From an uncultured virus (IMG/VR IMGVR_UViG_3300047552_002383) (taxonomy: Duplodnaviria; Heunggongvirae; Uroviricota; Caudoviricetes), in IMG/VR virus record IMGVR_UViG_3300047552_002383: a stretch of 20,000 nt of DNA; one strand, written 5' to 3'. Under the pieces are notes generated by a model. The model searched no databases, was not told the DNA's origin, and saw only the letters and a list, made by a program, of their open reading frames with translations. A program made the translations under genes and the position numbers. Below, one piece after another: positions 14,779 to 20,000 of the stretch (position 1 is the first letter of the stretch; each line of letters starts with the position of its first letter).

Positions 14779-16755
14779 TTAATAATATATTCTAAACTTA
14801 TGACGCATAAATAAATCATCAAAAATCTTTTCATTTAGAAATGTATAATTATTAGTAGATGAAATATTTAATTCACTAGTGTTTATATTTTTCAAAATAA
14901 AATTTTTTAATTCATTAATATATGATAAATATGAAAAATAATTATTTTTTATACTAATATCTCTATTTATATCACAAGATATTTGATTAGTATTAAAATA
15001 AATATTATTAAAATTACTATATTCTGAAATATTACATAATTGATTAGATAGTAATATTTGATAATAATTACTAGTTATACCAAACATTAATTCTAATTCT
15101 CGCTCTGTAATTTTAGAAATAAGTAAAAAATTATCAATTAATACTATTGGATTATCATTAACCAAATTCATTCTAAATAGATAATAATTAGATAAATTTA
15201 TTAATGAATGGTAAAAAGATTTTATTATAAAATCGTATTCGTCAATTCCTGCAACATTTAATTCTTTTACTGGAATATCTATAATATTTACAATTGAATT
15301 AATTATAGGAAAACTATCATTCTCTTCTTTAATAATATCATGTTGATAATATTGAGAAATATAAGAAGCAGTTACTCCTCTATTATCTAAAGAAAAAGAA
15401 GCAGTTTCGTGATCGATTAAAACTGAATCTAATTTACTCTTAACTGATAATAAAAAATCTTCTAAAATAACTAATTCTGCATGATAAGGTTTTAAAAAAT
15501 TCAATAAATGATACGATGTAGTATTATTGAAATTTATTCTTATAAATGGTAATTGATTGACGAAACTTACTAAAAATTTGTTATATTTAGATATAGATAT
15601 ATCTTGAAATGAATAACTCCACGTAATTAAAGATGATTTTAAAGAATTTAATAAATTATTAGCATTATATAACAAATCATCTTTATTTAATGATGGGTCT
15701 AATTTTGTATTTAAATATCCTAAAAGATCTTCAGCTAAGATATTTTCGTATTTTTCAAGTAATAAATCAATCGGAATGTTATTATCCGGAACATTTTTTC
15801 TTAACCCATAAAAATATGTTTTGTAATATTCAGATAATTTATTTCTACTGTTTATAGAATTATATTGATTTAATAATTCTGGAATATCATCAATAGTTAA
15901 AGGTTTTTTATTTGTATAATCTGCATTAGGATAATAAAATAATTCTTGAGTTAAATCATATAAAAGCGGTAATACTCCCATTTCATTTGATACAAATTCA
16001 AATTCAATAGGTTTTATTTTAAGAAATATGTAATACCATATTTTATATAAATTTTCAAATGTGGTTTGATATGCACCTTGATCGAAATATATTATTAATT
16101 TATAATATTTGAAATGATTAAATATTATAGCAAAAATTAATTTATTTAATTCATTATATTCATTTATATTTTTATAATCAGTTATTAATAAATTACTTTT
16201 AATAGGAAAAAGAATATCCCCGCGTTCTTTTAATTCATCTAAATATTCTGTAGAAATAAAAAAATGTTTTGCAGATCTAACTATATTATCAAATGGAAAA
16301 TAATCATCAATAGCATAAGCTAAAAGTTGATCATTTATATATATTGGATATGGTATAAAAACCCACCCTTCTCCTTCTTTATAATCAATAAATAATTCAT
16401 ATAAATTAAAATTATCAGAAAAAGAGTTGCAAACTTTTTTCATCGATTCTATGGATCCTTTATATCTATTATAATCCATAAAAGAATATAATAAAATATA
16501 CTTATCCATATATGATAATTTATTAATTAACTCTTTTGGAAATCCATTTGAAGTTAGTAAAATATCATATAATTCAGTCGGAATTTCCTGTTCTTCGTAT
16601 AATTGCTTAAATATTGAAGGTATTTGTTCGTAAGAATGAGATAAATAATAATCTAATAAAAATGAAATTAATTTAGAATATAATAAATTATCTTTATAAG
16701 GACCATATCTAATTACATAGGTTTCGAAATACTCCTTTAATTCATCTAATTTCAT
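14779..16755 (-). CDS. Putative baseplate wedge protein (gp7/gpI-like)
   Basis: YNRYKGSIESMKKV and NFLKPYHAE motifs (KGT/S ... KPxH) of the wedge family; located in the tail module. Confidence 0.55.
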   Translation of the reverse strand: MKLDELKEYFETYVIRYGPYKDNLLYSKLISFLLDYYLSHSYEQIPSIFKQLYEEQEIPTELYDILLTSNGFPKELINKLSYMDKYILLYSFMDYNRYKGSIESMKKVCNSFSDNFNLYELFIDYKEGEGWVFIPYPIYINDQLLAYAIDDYFPFDNIVRSAKHFFISTEYLDELKERGDILFPIKSNLLITDYKNINEYNELNKLIFAIIFNHFKYYKLIIYFDQGAYQTTFENLYKIWYYIFLKIKPIEFEFVSNEMGVLPLLYDLTQELFYYPNADYTNKKPLTIDDIPELLNQYNSINSRNKLSEYYKTYFYGLRKNVPDNNIPIDLLLEKYENILAEDLLGYLNTKLDPSLNKDDLLYNANNLLNSLKSSLITWSYSFQDISISKYNKFLVSFVNQLPFIRINFNNTTSYHLLNFLKPYHAELVILEDFLLSVKSKLDSVLIDHETASFSLDNRGVTASYISQYYQHDIIKEENDSFPIINSIVNIIDIPVKELNVAGIDEYDFIIKSFYHSLINLSNYYLFRMNLVNDNPIVLIDNFLLISKITERELELMFGITSNYYQILLSNQLCNISEYSNFNNIYFNTNQISCDINRDISIKNNYFSYLSYINELKNFILKNINTSELNISSTNNYTFLNEKIFDDLFMRHKFRIYY

Positions 16756-16770
16756 AAAAATTATACCTTT

Positions 16771-17727
16771 TTATATTAAAGATTCAAATTGTAATAAAGA
16801 AATTTCTAAAGGAGAAGTAATATTAGAATAGTTAAGAATATTATAATTTCCAGAATCTTGAATTGATATTAAATTGCCATTTGAATCTATATACGGTAAT
16901 CCTAGATCATTTATTTTTATAAAATTTCCTGTTAAAATATCTAAACCCATATTAGTTATATTTGAATAATTAAATATTCCAAATGGTTTTTTAAATCTAT
17001 CATAATATCTATCTAGATTTTTTTCATTACATAGAAAATCACATAATAATTTATTAATATTAAATGGTGCTATTATATACTTATCTATTATATAATAGTA
17101 CAATTCATATTTTTTATTAAATAAAACTTGAATATTCTGTAAAAAATTAGAAATTGTCTTTACTTTATTAACTATTTGAATATATTCATCTATTAATATA
17201 TTTTTTTCTTTAGATATTAAATATGCATATCGTGTAGAGATTTTTATATTTCCTATAGTTTTTAACGGCGCATATTCAAGACCTAATCTATAAGTATAAA
17301 TACTATTATTTCTTACTTCTAAAGAAGTAGATATATTATTTATTCTAAAAATTGACTCAGCTTGATATGGTGGATATGGAAATAATACTAAATCTCCAAT
17401 ATTAGGCTCAACAATAGTATATGTTATAATAGATGTTAATCCGTCAAATTTAAATCCAGATAGATCATTTCTTTCCGCCGACGAATTTACATTTTGATCA
17501 AATTGAACAATTGGAGTATAATCATAACTATCAAAATATATACCACTCTCAAATTTAGTATCTGTGCCTAATGTATCATTATTAAAAATCGATATATTTT
17601 TATTTATGTTTAGATATCGAATAAAAACAGCAGTTCTAGTAATATTCTCATATCTTTTAATAGTATTCAAATACTCATTATAATAATCATGAGTTAAAAT
17701 TTGTTCTTGTAAAATATTTTCTAACAT
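16771..17727 (-). CDS. Hypothetical virion protein, possibly neck/head-closure (T4 gp14-like N-terminal half)
   Basis: EPNIGDLVLFPY...IFRINNI resembles the P..GDLI.FP....FEI..V pattern; similarity is weak. Confidence 0.4.
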   Translation of the reverse strand: MLENILQEQILTHDYYNEYLNTIKRYENITRTAVFIRYLNINKNISIFNNDTLGTDTKFESGIYFDSYDYTPIVQFDQNVNSSAERNDLSGFKFDGLTSIITYTIVEPNIGDLVLFPYPPYQAESIFRINNISTSLEVRNNSIYTYRLGLEYAPLKTIGNIKISTRYAYLISKEKNILIDEYIQIVNKVKTISNFLQNIQVLFNKKYELYYYIIDKYIIAPFNINKLLCDFLCNEKNLDRYYDRFKKPFGIFNYSNITNMGLDILTGNFIKINDLGLPYIDSNGNLISIQDSGNYNILNYSNITSPLEISLLQFESLI

Positions 17728-17731
17728 TTGA

Positions 17732-17745
17732 TATAGATATATATA
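17732..17745 (+). promoter_or_regulatory. TATAGA-TATATA promoter-like motif upstream of ORF 17799
   Basis: TATAGATATATATA in the divergent intergenic gap, in front of the only + strand gene of the structural block; GGAG RBS before the ATG. Confidence 0.55.
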
Positions 17746-17798
17746 GAGTACGATTCAAATTAGGATCGTTATTTAAATATTATTTTTTGGAGTCTTAG

Positions 17799-18596
17799 AT
17801 GTCTAACACTATTGAGAAATCTGTAAATAGGGTTATATATAATAAAAATGATGATAATGAACACCAAGTAGTCACATCAAACTTTGTTATAATAAATAAT
17901 AATAAAATAACATGTGACATTAATATATCGGAAGGAAAATTAGGTCCAACCATTATTTTACGCAATAATGATAAGATCATGGGATATGTAAATGGAATTC
18001 AACAAGTAATTCCTGATCTAATTAGATTTTCAAGTGTTCCTAATCAGATATTGGTAGATTTAATTTCAGAAAAATTTAACATTTTAGATATAAACCCATC
18101 AATTATAGATAATTTACATAATATCGTTCAATACGATATACAAGATAATCCAAATAATAGCTTTTATCAATTTCAAAGGAATCCAGTCAAATACGAAACT
18201 TTACAAATTGATGGAATTAAACCATCAATAATTTCTTATGAGGAGAGATTATATTTAAACTTCAAAAAAGGATTCTTGTTTAGTATAATCAATAAAAAAT
18301 TTAAACTTCTCTATATTTATATAGAGAACCAAAAAGATAAAGTATGCTCAGATAAATTTATTAAGTTGGCTGATTTATGTAATAAAATAGATCTTGGTGC
18401 CATTTCCAGAATTATAAAATTCTGGCCCGAATTAAATGTATCTGCTGTAATGACAAAAATGGACCTATATCTTGTTAGTGATAAAATTGGTCCAATGTTA
18501 GAGAATTCCGATTTCAAAAATGGTGATATTTTCTATATTTTCAATAACCATGGAAGTAATGAATATAAAATTAGTATACCATTTAGCTCAATCTAA
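17799..18596 (+). CDS. Hypothetical protein
   Basis: 265 aa ORF with GGAG RBS, promoter-like motif and downstream terminator. Confidence 0.75.
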   Translation: MSNTIEKSVNRVIYNKNDDNEHQVVTSNFVIINNNKITCDINISEGKLGPTIILRNNDKIMGYVNGIQQVIPDLIRFSSVPNQILVDLISEKFNILDINPSIIDNLHNIVQYDIQDNPNNSFYQFQRNPVKYETLQIDGIKPSIISYEERLYLNFKKGFLFSIINKKFKLLYIYIENQKDKVCSDKFIKLADLCNKIDLGAISRIIKFWPELNVSAVMTKMDLYLVSDKIGPMLENSDFKNGDIFYIFNNHGSNEYKISIPFSSI

Positions 18597-18601
18597 TTAA
18601 T

Positions 18602-18637
18602 AAAATGCCCAGGTATAAAAAAATATCTGGGCATTTT
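18602..18637. terminator. Bidirectional terminator
   Basis: AAAATGCCCAGGTA / TATCTGGGCATTTT inverted repeat between convergent genes. Confidence 0.8.
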
Positions 18638-19166
18638 AAGCCAATACAAATGTTGAAATTTCATTTTCAATTTTTATTTTTACTTCTAATCCATATTCAA
18701 CATGTACATTAGTATTATATGTGATAACTGTTGACTTATCAATAGTTACATCAGATCTAAAAGAATTATTTATAATTTCAATTAAATTATATAATTCTGC
18801 ACCGACTAATTTTTTTCTAAGATAAGTATCTTTTGTTTGCAAATGTGTTTTTAATGTATTTCCAAATTCAGGATCAAATGGATATGTCCCCCGCTCTACA
18901 GATAAATAATTTTTAATATATTCTATAATTGTAGAACGTTTAGTTTCTAATACTGTAAAATCATTATAAGGACTTATTTCACATTTTGCATCAAAAATAT
19001 TAGAAGGATTATAGATATTTTGTTCAGACTCAAAAATATCTTTATGGATTATATATTGAACTTCTAATGGTAAATCTTCTAAAACTACTTCATCTTTATT
19101 TAATCTAATAGATAATGGTATTTGTTTATATATCTCAGAATCTAGATTAGATAATTTTATTATCAT
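18636..19166 (-). CDS. Baseplate wedge subunit, T4 gp25/GpW-like (sheath initiator) with N-terminal extension
   Basis: IKNYLSVERGTYPFDPEFGNTL matches the gp25 motif L.T..GE..F.PEFG..L. Confidence 0.8.
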   Translation of the reverse strand: MIIKLSNLDSEIYKQIPLSIRLNKDEVVLEDLPLEVQYIIHKDIFESEQNIYNPSNIFDAKCEISPYNDFTVLETKRSTIIEYIKNYLSVERGTYPFDPEFGNTLKTHLQTKDTYLRKKLVGAELYNLIEIINNSFRSDVTIDKSTVITYNTNVHVEYGLEVKIKIENEISTFVLA

Positions 19167-19459
19167 CTCTTCTTTTGTGGCCTAGCCATAGCTTTTCTTT
19201 GCCGTTCTAATTCCTGATTTTCTTTCTTTTTTAATTTTATTTGATGTAATATTAAATCCTGGAAAAGGCAATATGGCATTTCTAATATAGATAATATATC
19301 CGCAGAATATTCAAATATTCTTTGATAATATAATATATTTTCTATAAAATTAGAATATGCTTTATCTCCTGATGTATAATCATCAAGTGTTTCCGACCCC
19401 AAGAAACGATTTAAATAAGGCGACCTCCATATCCACCTTATATTCAAAATTATGTTCAC
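19163..19459 (-). CDS. Small protein following the gp26-like gene (hub/tail assembly chaperone-like); start uncertain
   Basis: ENILYYQRIFEYS...ILEMPYCLF...LKKKE resembles the small tail-assembly ORFs that follow gp26-like genes; coupled by ATGA to the gp25-like gene. Confidence 0.5.
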   Translation of the reverse strand: MNIILNIRWIWRSPYLNRFLGSETLDDYTSGDKAYSNFIENILYYQRIFEYSADILSILEMPYCLFQDLILHQIKLKKKENQELERQRKAMARPQKKR

Positions 19460-20000
19460 ATGAAGGGCATACCATTATTTTTTTAAAATCAGGATCTAAT
19501 GAACTATATTCATTATTGAATATTTCTACAATATCTTTTACTTCATCAAGTGGAATATAAGTTCCAATTAATTTATGAACTTCTCTAGCAGTTTTTAATT
19601 CTGCTATTTCCATTGATATGGCTTCATCTTTTTCTTTTTCTTGATCATCTACTAATTCAGTATCTTTATCATTATAAAAATAAACAGAAATAGATGTGGT
19701 AATTAATGACAATTCTTCCGTTTTAGACATTAATGTACCAAAATTATTCATATTATCTTTTACAGTAGCTGCATCAATCATCCTTAAAATATCTAAATGC
19801 CTTTTAATAGTAGGGATAGATAGATGGAAAATAAACTTATCAATTCCTATTTCTTCATCTCCGATATTATAGGTATATTCGACATGATCTTTTTGGAATG
19901 GAACTGATTTTTTCCAAAGATTTTTAATTGTATCTTCAACGACTAATTCTTTAGCTAAAATAGTATCTTTAAATTTTTCTGAGCATTTAGGACAAACAAT
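19383..20000 (-). CDS. Baseplate hub assembly protein, T4 gp26-like; 5'-truncated by window edge
   Basis: The frame is open from 20000 (IVCPKCSEKF...HLSIPTIKRHL...MIDAA). Two CxxC motifs (CPKC, CPSC) and the 'PTI' pattern typical of gp26-like proteins. Confidence 0.65.
   Translation of the reverse strand: MVCPKCSEKFKDTILAKELVVEDTIKNLWKKSVPFQKDHVEYTYNIGDEEIGIDKFIFHLSIPTIKRHLDILRMIDAATVKDNMNNFGTLMSKTEELSLITTSISVYFYNDKDTELVDDQEKEKDEAISMEIAELKTAREVHKLIGTYIPLDEVKDIVEIFNNEYSSLDPDFKKIMVCPSCEHNFEYKVDMEVALFKSFLGVGNT

Noticed and set aside
17795..19560. Short ORFs 17795..17980 (-), 18317..18517 (-) and 19357..19560 (+)
   Set aside because: Fully overlap longer, better-supported genes on the opposite strand.

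Overview
Very AT-rich segment of a large tailed (myovirus/jumbo-like) phage genome. The + strand block (1-10523) carries a YwbE-like gene, 7-deazaguanine pathway genes (class II glutamine amidotransferase, QueE, FolE, and a type I phosphoribosyltransferase), a DEDDh exonuclease, a small highly acidic protein and a family B DNA polymerase that ends before motif C (apparently split). The mostly - strand block (10580-20000) encodes contractile tail and baseplate proteins (tube, sheath, wedge, gp25-like, gp26-like). The most notable feature is the 1.2 kb 'intergenic' region at about 1283-2460. It is a tandem array of six GC-richer, highly structured units. Each is preceded by the same TATAGA-TAT(A/T)AT promoter-like motif and followed by a T-tract. 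Two units are paralogs with compensatory base changes in stems and in two loop-loop pairings, which strongly suggests a cluster of independently transcribed, pseudoknotted ncRNAs of no family I recognise. All folds were found by eye and no searches were run.
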